DNA of 63,228 nt, filler included, from Octopus bimaculoides (GCF_001194135.2; 4 parts of 4 records of this genome joined end to end with filler, not necessarily neighbours in it); one strand, 5' to 3'. Numbered from the whole stretch's first letter, positions 51,251 through 63,128 are shown. The notes: a model not told the origin generated them from the letters alone. Translations and numbers: made by a program.

Positions 51251-51614
51251 CTATAAATCCACATTAAAGAAAATCTCATTAAATGTACACAAAAATGCAA
51301 TTACATTCATTGTGAAAATGTAATTATAGCACTTAATCTAAGATATGAAAATGTAAACTGACCTTATATTAACTAAATATGTATTTATGAAATAACAGTA
51401 ATATTTATGGAATCAACAAAATATATTATTTTATATGCTAACACCAGACTTCTACCATATGGTGATACTTAAGAGCCTCAAAGGACACAAGTTCCCTCCC
51501 ATCGTGTACACAATTGCTACTGATAGTGGTAAGTCTCTTGGTTCTCAGCCATAGGAAGAAAGTAGGTTTGTTTTGAAAATGTTTGCATTTTACAAGTTCT
51601 CATGTAAGTGCATT

Positions 51615-51725
51615 CGTGGCTGTGTGCTTAAGAAGTTCACTTTGAAATCACGTGATTTTGGGTTCAGTCCCACTGTGCAGTAACTTGGACAAGTGCGATC
51701 AGATATTACCCTAGGCCGATCAATG
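51615..51725 (+). mobile_element. SINE family A head fragment
   Basis: gtggctgtgtgcttaagaagttcac...gggttcagtcccactgtgcagtaacttggacaagtg. Confidence 0.7.
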
Positions 51726-52745
51726 AGAGAATTTAATATTGTGTCCTTGCTAGCAATTAATGTGCGTACCTGTTGTCAGGAATGTGCTTGATATGTAAAT
51801 TGGTTTATCCAATACTGTTATGCCGCTAAACTTAGTGGATATTTAATCAATGCGTTCATTGATAGTTGATGCATTAGATGTGGTGCTGATGAAAGTGCAA
51901 TAACTCTCGAAATATGCATATATACGCATTCCCTATTTTTTTTTTTTTGTCTTCGATCGCAATTTTTGCTCAGACGTATTCGTATAGGAAACGCCGTAAC
52001 TTTTAATGCTGGCACTGAATTCTGTAGAAAATTTGTAGAAATACGCTTAAAAATGAAAACATCGCACTGCTAACACAAAAGGCATAATATTATCTATTTA
52101 ATATACTTAGTAGTATATTATGGTTGCAAAATGTAATATTGTATCCTTCCTACTTTCATAAGTGTTGTGAAGTGTATGCTTTGTGGACGAAGTCTAATAA
52201 GACCAAAACATGTCAGGATTTTCTCCAGTACTTGATGAAATAATTAAAATAATATTAGTGATTGGATCTCATAAGAAGTTAAAATTATATTTTTGATGCT
52301 AACTATATCGAGTATGGTAACAGCCAGCTTATTGAAAGATAGACAAGATAGGAGAGAATAGACTGTATAACATGTGATAGCAGTACATAATAAGAAAAGG
52401 TAGGAAAGATAGTGTTTGAAGAAAGAGAGAAAGAGAGAGGGAGAGAGATAAAAAAAGTGAGAGAAATGGTATTCAGATATGGGGGGAGAGGAGGAGATGG
52501 AGGAGCAAATGGTTCTAGTTTCCGTTGAATCTATTGGAAGAGTTAATATTTGATGAGCGTCTTGAGGCATGACAGATTAACGAGAACCAAAACAGCTTTC
52601 ACTTCCACCCCATCCCCCTCTTTATCTCTCTCTCTCTCTCACTGTCTCTCTTCTCTTTTACTTCCCCGTCTTTCAAACTCACTCTCACTTCCTAAAACAT
52701 AGCCCCTCTTTGCCTTTCGCTCACGCATCCTCCTTATTTTCTTCT

Positions 52746-52807
<62 letters not shown>

Positions 52808-53279
52808 NNNNNNNNNNNNNNNNNNNNNNNNNNNNNNNNNNNNNNNNNNNNNNNNNNNNNNNNNNNNNNNNNNNNNNNNNNNNNNNNNNNNNNNNNNNNN
52901 NNNNNNNNNNNNNNNNNNNNNNNNNNNNNNNNNNNNNNNNNNNNNNNNNNNNNNNNNNNNNNNNNNNNNNNNNNNNNNNNNNNNNNNNNNNNNNNNNNNN
53001 NNNNNNNNNNNNNNNNNNNNNNNNNNNNNNNNNNNNNNNNNNNNNNNNNNNNNNNNNNNNNNNNNNNNNNNNNNNNNNNNNNNNNNNNNNNNNNNNNNNN
53101 NNNNNNNNNNNNNNNNNNNNNNNNNNNNNNNNNNNNNNNNNNNNNNNNNNNNNNNNNNNNNNNNNNNNNNNNNNNNNNNNNNNNNNNNNNNNNNNNNNNN
53201 NNNNNNNNNNNNNNNNNNNNNNNNNNNNNNNNNNNNNNNNNNNNNNNNNNNNNNNNNNNNNNNNNNNNNNNNNNNNNNN

Positions 53280-53320
<41 letters not shown>

Positions 53321-53494
53321 TTATATTATAGATATATGCGTGTATGTATGTATGTATGTATGTATGTATGTATCTATCTATCTATCTAGCAGTATGTCGG
53401 ACTCTTTAAAAGGAGTTGAAATTGCACTGGGAGTATTTATTTTTAGGTTCTACGTTTTTACCCAGGTGGAATAAAATATGTATAGCCATATCTA

Positions 53495-53666
53495 TAGGCG
53501 CAGGAGTAGCTATGTAGTAAGGAGCTTACTTCGCAACCACATGGTTTCGTGTTCAGTCCTACAGCGTCGCACGTTGGGCAAGTGTCGTGTACTATAACCT
53601 CGTGCCGACCAAAGCTTTGTGAGTGGATGTGGTAGACGGAAATTGAAAGAATCCCGTCGTATATAC

Positions 53667-53704
<38 letters not shown>

Positions 53705-53905
53705 TTGAGTGTCTGTGTTTGTCCCCCACCATCGTTTGACAACCGATGCTGGTGTGCTTATGTCCCCGTAACTTAGAGGTTCGGTAAAAGTGACCAATAC
53801 AATAAGTACTAGGCCTACAAAAAATAAATCCTGGGGCTGATTTGTTCGAATAAAGGCGGTGCTCCAGCATGGCCGTAGTCAACTGACTGAAACAAATTAA
53901 AGAAT
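53495..53905 (+). mobile_element. SINE family A (full length, CpG-retaining)
   Basis: taggcgcaggagtagctatgtagtaag...aaggcggtgctccagcatggccgtagtcaactgactgaaac. Confidence 0.9.
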
Positions 53906-54599
53906 ATCCATATCCGAGAGATATAAATTCATATATGAACGTGTGTACCACCGTAGTTAGGCAAAGAAAACCGATGGAATAACTACCAGGTTTTAAAAGA
54001 TGTGCTAGGGTCGATTTATTCGACTAAACCGGTTAAGGTTTACTTTTTCCATCGGTCACTTTTACCATCGGGTATTTGTCAACTCACTCTCAAAGAACTA
54101 ATTAAGGTAAACCCTAGCAAGGGCTGCAATCCAATGATTGAAAAAAGATAAAAAATAAAAGATAAAGATAAAGACACATTCACACACACACACACACACA
54201 CATTTACACATACACACACACATTTACACATACGTATACGTGCATCTAAGTGCTTACATACACAATTGCACACAACACGCACATTTTGGACATGGCGAGT
54301 AAGTGTGTTTGTCAAGACAAGACATAATGAATATCTAATCATGCACACCCCATCACCTCCCCTACCACTACCAACAACAATAAGAACAATTCCTTCTCCT
54401 CTTACTGCATATCTGTTATTCTCTGTCCCTTTCTGCCTCCCTCTTCCCCTCTCTCCTTCCATATCTCTACCTGTTTCGGTCCTCCCCCTCTACCTTGCTT
54501 CCTAATAGTTCAGGAAACCCTAATACATTCATCACAGCTGTTTTATGCTTAGTTTCTCTAATGCTGACGATGGCTACTGACTGACTATAAATAATGATT

Positions 54600-54639
54600 T
54601 AGTAACACGGTTTATCTTAATGACAACAACAACAACAGC

Positions 54640-54695
<56 letters not shown>

Positions 54696-54861
54696 CGATA
54701 ACAACAAGTTTAAGAACCAGACAGACAACTACGTCGGCACCACAACCACCAGCACCACCAGCACCACCAAAAACAACAACAAAAACAAGCTGGCAGACAT
54801 CTATAATTTCGACATCTAGAAATCCACATCGACAAAAGCAATACTAACAAACACCACAACC

Positions 54862-54904
<43 letters not shown>

Positions 54905-55108
54905 GATATCACCAATGAGAACGAGACAGGCACAATTATAAAAAGAAAAACACCACCACCACCACCACCACCACCACCACCACCGACAACAGCAATAACA
55001 ACAACACTCGCCACAACAAAATAGAAAAAAACAACAATAACCAGAATAAACAAGAACCGTAAACAATAACAAGATAGAGCGTCTGCTGCAAAATCACCAC
55101 CACCACTA

Positions 55109-55153
<45 letters not shown>

Positions 55154-55214
55154 GGTGATGCCGCTGCTGCTGCTACTGCTGCCATTGCTATTGCAGCTAC
55201 TGCTGCTGCTACTG

Positions 55215-55257
<43 letters not shown>

Positions 55258-55275
55258 AATGACAACAACAACCAA
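54600..55275. repeat. Compound trinucleotide tract (ACA/ACC/ACT/GCT)n
   Basis: Seen directly. Confidence 0.9.
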
Positions 55276-56226
55276 TATGAAGTGCAATAAAGATTAAGGT
55301 GTTTAAATGTTGGTGGGGAAAGGATTGAGGGTCAGGGTAAGAGGTGCCTTTGTGTGTGTGTGTATGTGTGTGTGTGTGTATGTGTGTGTGTGTGTATGTG
55401 TGTGTGTGTGTATGTGTGTGTGTGTGTATGTGTGTGTGTGTGGTTAGGGATCGTTTGGCATTGGATAGAAGACATAGCAAACCAAGCAAAACAAAAGTCT
55501 CTCATTATCACAACTTCCTATCTCTTCCACCCCGTTATTTACCCCTTTTGCACCCTCCTCCGTCTGCATGGACGTGTGAGCGTCTGTGTGTTTGTACATT
55601 TATGCATATATGTACATTGCAAATTATGGCTCTTGGCCATAAATGTTCTCTACTCTTTTTGTATTCGTGTAAGACATCGATTAATTGAACTCGGGTAGGA
55701 CAACTGCTGTGCTGATGACGCCTATTCAGACTGAAACATGTACGTGCTGCTGATGAATTATTCCCAAGAAAATAAAAAAGTTTTAGTTTCACATTTACAG
55801 AGGATTCTTCATAGTTAAGAATGTCCCCTTTATCATTCCGAGTCGGTCACTATTACCATAGGGAATTTGCCAACTCACTCTCAAAGAACTAATTATATTG
55901 TATCGTATTCATTACATCTTTATTCACCTTTATTACCCAAATTCATGCCACTGACCACGATGTGCTGTTTCTTTTAGCTCAGTTTTTCATAGATATATGT
56001 TATAGTTTTTGTTTTTATATTCGGTTATAATAAAAACAATTTGAAGAGTTTATCCATATTTTTGTGAAGTACAAAATTATCATTCTTTAACAAGAATAAT
56101 ATTGACAATAACTACTACGTTTCGACCAGCTAAGCCATCATCGGAGAGTCTGGTGATGTCTTGACTTGCCGAAACTTCGAAGTTACTGTCAATACTACGC
56201 ATGTTACAAAATTATATATGTATATG

Positions 56227-56306
<80 letters not shown>

Positions 56307-56429
56307 GTAAGAGAAGAAAGGTGGGTAGTAGTGAAGGGAGGATGTAGGTGTCAGAGTAAGAGAGGAAAGGTGGGTAGGAGTGAAGAGAGAAAGAGAGGAG
56401 GGAGGGAAGACAGATGAAGAGAGAAGAGT

Positions 56430-56600
56430 TGAGCCAATGCGACGCAAGGGACGAAGAGGGAAGATCAATTCCAGTTCACGGCGAAGGCGGGAATCTGGAT
56501 GGCCCCTGTGCAAAGACAATCCGAATACAGACAGGTGTTGTAGTAAATGACCGGTAGATCGGAAATGGCGCGAGACCGGGGTGTCATTGCCGAGTCTGAT
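56430..56600. promoter_or_regulatory. CpG-rich promoter candidate (CCAAT, GGCGGG, ETS/YY1 composite CGGAAATGGCG)
   Basis: About 13 CpG in 170 bp counted by eye; CCAAT at 56434; CGGAAATGGCG at 56560-70. Motif evidence only. Confidence 0.35.
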
Positions 56601-56621
56601 GTGTGTGTCTCTCTCTCTCTC

Positions 56622-56662
<41 letters not shown>

Positions 56663-56762
56663 NNNNNNNNNNNNNNNNNNNNNNNNNNNNNNNNNNNNNN
56701 NNNNNNTTAATTAATTAANNNNNNNNNNNNNNNNNNNNNNNNNNNNNNNNNNNNNNNNNNNN
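56663..56762. other. Artificial scaffolding spacer N44-TTAATTAATTAA-N44
   Basis: Third identical 100-bp spacer. Confidence 0.9.
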
Positions 56763-56956
56763 TATATGTATGTTCATATAATGATATCTACCAAATATAT
56801 TGGTAAGATAAAACATGTAATCGTTACCAAAATATCAAAAATTCATCCATTAAGGTCTATAATAAACTCCTTATGAATCGATCTCCTTGGTTATATATCA
56901 AAAATTTGAATGAGAGTTTTGACGCTAATATCCATATATATTAAAGTTTATTACCT

Positions 56957-57107
56957 ATGTAAACATTTCTGTATAAGGTCAAATTCAACTCTTAATTCAA
57001 GTTAAATAAGCAAATTACCTTACACATCCTGAGGGTAAAAAGTAAACACCAAAACAAATTTATAATCTGTAAGAGTTGAATTTGACCTTATACAGAAATA
57101 TTTACAT
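56957..57107. mobile_element. MITE-like element with 38-bp inverted arms
   Basis: 56957-56994 versus the reverse complement of 57070-57107: 1 mismatch, 75-bp spacer. Confidence 0.7.
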
Positions 57108-57395
57108 GCATAATCTACATGTCACCTAGATACTATGGAATTAGTGCAGGTTTATTTATGCTAAACCTGTATTGATTGCATGAATAGAGACAACAAAAGC
57201 TCCAATAGGGACATGCCAATCTTACCTCTTTCAACAAGAAAACACATATATGATGTGTCTACCCACAAGGCATTGCACCTACCACTACACTCAGTTCTTC
57301 TTTCAAAGCACATTGGCCCTTCAGAAATCCTTCCCTGCTCATGTTTTACCTGGAGTTGGTTCAAGAACAAAAATTACGACATCAGTATCACTTTC

Positions 57396-57613
57396 TTAAC
57401 CCGTTTGTTACCATATTTCTGCTGAAATAGTCAATTGATTTTGAAATAAATGAAGAATTTAGTAAAAAAAACTTTAACACTATTAACTTAGTATTTGGAT
57501 CTTGAATAACATGAAATTTTGATGAAAAGTTTTAATTTAGAGCACCTTAAAATAGTAAGTGTGTATCATAGGACCAGGAGCAACCTTAGGCAGGTTGGTA
57601 TCAAAAGGGTTAC
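57396..57613. mobile_element. piggyBac-type MITE (TTAA|CCC...GGG|TTAc)
   Basis: Left end ttaa-cccgtttgttacc, right end ggtatcaaaaggg-ttac; 2 mismatches in the TIR; right TSD mutated. Confidence 0.65.
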
Positions 57614-58448
57614 AGCCTATGGGCACTGCCCCTTTCTCTTGACCCATCTAAAAATATAAGTGTAAAAAAAAATACTTTTCTTACACTGGCACAGCTATTA
57701 ATTTGCTTTTCAGTCAAACAGTTCTGGAGTTGAACTTAGTGCACAGTACCATAGGCAAGTGTTTTCTACGAAGCCTTGCCTGTAACTGTACAGAAGCCTG
57801 TCAGATGAACAGTGTCTGCTCCCTTGAATGTTAGACTAATCTGTTGCTTGGTTTAACAACATCACCCGGACTATGTGTGTCTTTAGCAGAGCCTATACTG
57901 TTGCAAATATTCTTATGAAGATAGTATTATCCTGTCTCTCTTCAAACAGTCTCTGAGGTACTACAAAGGATTATAGGTGCTGCTTCCTCCTTTAACTAAA
58001 CCATAAAAAAGAAACAAAAACAAAACAAACTACTCCTCAAAATCAGTCAGACAAACAGAAACATAAAACACTAGATATATGTCTACCACCATAACCTTGG
58101 CCTTAAGGTGATGTAGTTCCTTCTGAAACACACAAACAAATAATTCAAAATGTAACTCACAATTTATAGCACTTAGCAGCATTATCTTATAACTTCACCC
58201 ACTAGAAAATCCCATTAGTAACAAATATCTTCAGTGAGTCCAAATCTCCCTCAAATCACTCTGAACTTAAAAAAGAAAGGATACATTGTATGATATTGTC
58301 TGAGATACACTTCACTTCAAACAATAGAGGATGATAACGTGTGGAATCTTTTGATCATGTGCCTTTTTTGTTCAAAGTTGGTCTAGACTAAGTGATTTCC
58401 AATATAAGCATGATACCAGAAATTTTTGGGAGAGGATAGTTGATTATA

Positions 58449-59050
58449 TGGTTTCAAATTGTGGCACAAAGCCAGCAATTTTGGGGGAGGGGGTAAGTCA
58501 ATTACATCGACCCCAGTGCTCAACTAGTACTTATTTTATCAACTCCGAAAAGACGAAAGGCAAAGTCAACTTCATCAGTATTTGAACTCAGAACATGAAG
58601 TCAGAAGAAATACCACTAAGTATTTTGTCTGGCATTCTAATGATTCTGCCAGCCCACCACCTTAATAATAATAATGGTTTCAAATTTTGGCACAAACCAA
58701 CAATTTTGTGGTAAGGGGTAGGTTGATCACATTAACTCCAGTGCTCAACTGTACTTATTTTATCGACCACGTAAGGATGAAAGTCAAAGTCAGCTTCAGT
58801 TGAATTCGAACTCAGAAGGTATAGGTAGAAGAAATACCACTAAGCATTTTGTCCAACATACAAACAATTCTACCAGCCTTAGTGTAGTTGGTTATATTGA
58901 TCCAGCACTTGATTAGTATTTACTTTATCAACCTTGAAAGGATGAAATGCAAAGTTGATCTGGATAGGATTTGAACTCATAATGTAAAGAACTGTAACTA
59001 AATATCATGTGGCATTTTGTCCAATACTAACAATTATGCAGTTCACCACT
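58449..59050 (-). mobile_element. Three head-to-tail SINE family B copies (58449-58664, 58675-58881, 58882-59050)
   Basis: The ggatgaaa.gcaaagt.. / tttgaactca / cattttgtc.. modules repeat three times; CpG-eroded. Confidence 0.85.
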
Positions 59051-59924
59051 CATCTCGATTAAATAGCAACAATCTTAGCTACTCCTTTAAACATTGCCAA
59101 ATATTTAGATAATTGAAACTAAGAAAAAAAAAAAAAGATTTAAAAACACAGAGTATTTTATCATTTTCCTATGAACACCTTCAAAGATTCTATCTGGGTT
59201 TATCTTTGACTTCGTCAATCCAAACATTTCTCCAATAACTAAAACAGATTCTGATCTTTATGGTCAACTGATATGATGGAGCTCATTAATTTTCCATAAT
59301 ACATTTTTGACGATTTCAATAACAGAAGCTTCTATGACATACCATACTAACCACAATAAGTAAATAAAGCTACTTTCTATCTATCAAGAAGTGTAAACAC
59401 CTTCCTAGATTACTAATTATGTGGAATAGTGTTAAGGTTACATTGTAGACTATAGCAGAATTTCAAATATATCCTTTCTCTTCAAAAGGAATTCTGTAAG
59501 GTTTTGTGTTCTATTATCCTTTCTCTTTAATTTGTTTGTACTCTCCATCATTTGCAACAGCTATGTCTTCACCATGCCTAAACATACTCCTTCACACTCT
59601 TATGGAATATACTCCTCTATTCCCTCTGTACCACTTATACTTCCTCCCCACTGTTTCCTGTGGGTAAACCCCAATACATTTCCAGCACTGTCTATTTCTC
59701 TCTTTCTCTCTCACACACACACACAAAATGACTGTCTCTTTATCTCTCTCTCTAACCCTCTCCCACCTTTCTTCTTCCTTGTCCTACACGGGTAGCTAAA
59801 TATCTCTTCTATAGTAAGACAACTATCTCTGTCCCTCTACTATACTCCAATTTCCTGCTTGGCACACAGTCACTTCCGAGGTCTCTGTCTAACAAATTAC
59901 TTGACAACTCTGGTTACCAAGTTT

Positions 59925-60125
59925 TATGTGCTGGTGCCATGTAAAAGGCACCTGTGCTAGTATCACATACAAAGCACCCAGTACACTCTGTAAAGTGACT
60001 GGCATTGGGAAGGGCATCTAGCCATAGAAAAAATGCCTAAACAGACAATTGGAACCTGGTGCAGCTCTCTGGCTTCTCAGCACCTCTCAAACCATTCAAC
60101 CCTTGTCAACATGGAAAATGGACAT
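59925..60125 (+). mobile_element. RTE LINE 3' UTR copy (old)
   Basis: aaagcacccagtacactctgtaaagtgactggcattgggaagggcatctagcc...aacatggaaaatggacatt. Confidence 0.75.
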
Positions 60126-60126
60126 T

Positions 60127-60372
60127 GGTGGCAAACTGGCACAATCGTTACCATGCCAGACAATATGCTTAGCAGCATTTCATCCATCTTTACATTCTGA
60201 GTTCAGATTTCACCAAGGTTGACTTTATCTTTCATCCTTTTGGGGTTGATATAAAAAAAAATACCAGCTGAACACTGAGGTCAAGTAATTGAATTTTTCC
60301 CTGCCCAGAACTTGCTGGCCTTGTGCCAAACTTTGAAACTAAATGATGATGATGATGATGATGATGATAATG
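60127..60372 (+). mobile_element. SINE family B with (GAT)n tail
   Basis: ggtggcaaactggcacaatcgtta...gactttatctttcatccttttggggttgat...ggccttgtgccaaactttgaaact. Confidence 0.85.
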
Positions 60373-60612
60373 ATGGTCACTCTTACATTACCTCACACTC
60401 TAAACACAGTATCCTGTAGTAACTAGATTGCAATCCTGTCCTCTGATACTCAGGTGCAGCTGTACTCCTGACTTCAAGAAGTCCTTTATGAATTAGAATC
60501 TTGGTTTGTTAACAACAGACAAATGCAATGTTAAGCAAGTTCGTCACTGGTCTTCTCCCTGACCACACTAGGTGTGCATGTTTGTACCTTGTATATATAT
60601 ATATATAAAATA

Positions 60613-60850
60613 CACCATTTTGAGCGTGGCCGTTGCCAGTACCGCCTGACTGGCCTTTGTGCCGGTGGCACATAAAAAGCACCCACTACACTCTCTGAGT
60701 GGTTGGCGTTAGGAAGGGCATCCAGCTGTAGAAATTCTGCCAAATCAGATTGGAACCTGGTGTAGCCATCTGGTTCACCAGTCCTCAGTCAAATTGTCCA
60801 ACCCATGCTAGCATGGAAAGCGGACGTTATACGACGATAATGATGATGGT
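60613..60850 (+). mobile_element. RTE LINE 3' UTR copy
   Basis: Near-identical to 30690-30917. Confidence 0.88.
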
Positions 60851-61299
60851 GATATATATATACATATATATATGTACATATATGCACATACATACATGCA
60901 TACATACATACATACATACATATACAGATGTGTATAAATACATATTGAAAATAATAGAAATGAAACTAATATATATATATATATACAGATACATAATTAA
61001 AGTAACTGAAATTGAAACCACATAATAGCGAAAGTATTAATACAGATGCTATTGTTTTACTTTTGACACATAATATGGAAGCAGTGTAAGAGATAAGAGA
61101 TTGCTCCAGGTTCGCATTAAGCAAGAAATAGAAAATGCTTTTAGCCCATCACACTGCATGAACCCTAAGTAAGGCATGTGTAAAATTTGAATGGAATCCA
61201 TTGGGTAGTTCTCGAGTTTTAGTGATGCACACGTACAGACAGACAGATATTCTCAGCTTTATATATGTATATATATAGATGCAGAGAGAGAGTTAGTTT

Positions 61300-61423
61300 A
61301 GATAAGAGGCAGACACAGTAGCCTAGGGTAGTTTTTCTACCTGGCTGGCTCCTGTCAACCTTCCTACTCATGCAGGCATGGAAGATAGACATTAAACAAT
61401 GAAGACAATGATGATGATGACGA
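61300..61423 (+). mobile_element. RTE LINE 3' tail fragment
   Basis: ctcatgcaggcatggaagatagacattaaacaatga..gatgatgat. Confidence 0.65.
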
Positions 61424-61558
61424 TATATACACAAACATCACAGAAGTAAATAGACACCCCATAAAACATCATTTTATATTTATTCTGCTTTGTAAAAGTT
61501 TATAGTTTTTAGTAATCGACATTTTTATGTTTCAGATTCTATATGTGACTGTTTAATC

Positions 61559-62745
61559 ATGTCATGTACAAAAGAAGCATTGGAACTGTCTGAATTTCAA
61601 AGTGGCCATATTGTGGATCATTCTAAAGGTGGACATAGCATAAAATCACAGAAAACCTTTGGATCCCACTTTCTACAGTTATTAGAGTGGTTGTGTAATT
61701 CACCACGGAGGGGAAGGAGTCCACATCACCTCTCCCAGGTCAACCAGGGCCCTCTGACAGGACCCTTCTCTTTGCTAAGAGAAGTGTGGAGGATAATCCT
61801 CGTTGCAAGGCCTCTGACATAGCAGAACAAGTTGATACCAGTCCCAGAACAGTTGTCAGGTATCTTCACAAACTTGGTTACTATGGCAGAGCTGCAAGAA
61901 GGAAACCACTTCTTCGACCAGTCAACATCAAGCGGAGAAAAGATTGAGCCAGTGAGATGATGGAGAGGCTACTAGCCTTTTGGGACACTGTCATATTCTC
62001 TGATGAGTTCAGATTTGCTGTGTTTCCTAACAATGATTGAGTGTGGGTCTGGAGATTCTGTGTTCAAGGATTTGATGTGAAAAGATCGCAGCCAACACTA
62101 AAACACAGTAGCTAATTTGTGATGGTCAGGGGAGCAATTTGGAACAATAGTTGACTGGAGCAATAGTTAATCAGAGCTGAAGGAAACATAAACTCAGATA
62201 AATATGTGTCCATATTACAGAAAGGACTCCTTTCAATCTTCTCCAGTGGTGAAAAGTTTAAAGAAGACTCTTTATTTATGCAAGATGGGGCTCCTTGCAC
62301 TAACATAGCTAGAGTGTGTACTGCCCAGGGTGGCCCTTCTGTTTGCCACCCCCAGGTCCCACAAAAAACGCATATTGCTTGCAGCAATAGCCTACAACAG
62401 GATGAAAAGTGCCACCCAGGATGAACTGAACCCCACCCAGTTATGCTAGTGGCTCCTTGTCACACAGCTAAAATTACCTGAGATTTTATGGATGAAAATA
62501 ATATTAAAGAGCTTCCATGCCCAAGCCAATCACCAGATATGAACCCTATTGAACACTTCTGGGACATAATGGACAGGACACCTCATAAAAAGAACAACAA
62601 AACATCTTGAAATTCAGATGTTTTGAGATTACTATATGAAACTTGGCAAGAAATTTCACAAGAGAATATTCATCATCTGATCATTAACATGCCTTATAGG
62701 GTACTTGCTTTGAAAAGTGCAAGGGGCATGTCTACCAAATATTAA
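61559..62745 (+). pseudogene. Tc1 transposase pseudogene
   Basis: MSCTKEALELSEFQSGHIV...YGRAARRKPLLRPVNIKRR...VIFSDEFRF...FMQDGAPC|HTAK...SPDMNPIEHFW...NMPYRVLALKSARGMSTKY*. D-to-E spacing is 34 once the insert is removed; several stops and frameshifts. Confidence 0.92.
62298..62451. mobile_element. 154-bp MITE with 8-bp TSD nested in the Tc1 transposase
   Basis: gctccttg at 62290-97 and 62452-59; termini cactaacatagct...agttatgctagtg. Confidence 0.88.
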
Positions 62746-62837
62746 ATATTCACATTATAGCAATTAATAAATAATTTGAATTATTTCAGATTTAAAGAAA
62801 TTTTAATGGTTATAAGGCTGTCTATTTACTTCTGTAA

Positions 62838-62885
<48 letters not shown>

Positions 62886-63128
62886 CGTGTGTGTGTAGAT
62901 ATGTGATATACATACATACACACACATAGAAGAAATACATATAATTAAATATATATATATATATATGTGTGTGTATGTGTGTATGTGTGTATCTTAATGA
63001 ATAATAATTCTTCGGATAGAATAAATGGGTTAATAGAAACCAATGTAGCAAAGAACACAAAATAACTTTGGTGTTGTTCCTGTTTTTAAGGCAGGAACTC
63101 CTTGAAATTTTGGGTATTTGAGTATATT

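Larger units (their letters stand above)
61430..62845 (+). mobile_element. Full-length Tc1 (DD34E) transposon fossil
   Basis: 30-bp TIRs (cacaaacatcacagaagtaaatagacaccc at 61430; complement ending 62845; 3 mismatches); left TA at 61428-29. Confidence 0.88.

Noticed and set aside
3293-53474. Long ORFs containing X runs, or YI/HT/CV/LS dipeptide repeats
   Set aside because: They are produced by N-gaps and dinucleotide or tetranucleotide microsatellites, which lack stops. There is no real coding signal.
54620-54847. Mucin-like Thr-rich protein
   Set aside because: No signal peptide or splice support; the Thr frame is broken by stops; explained by (ACA)n repeats.
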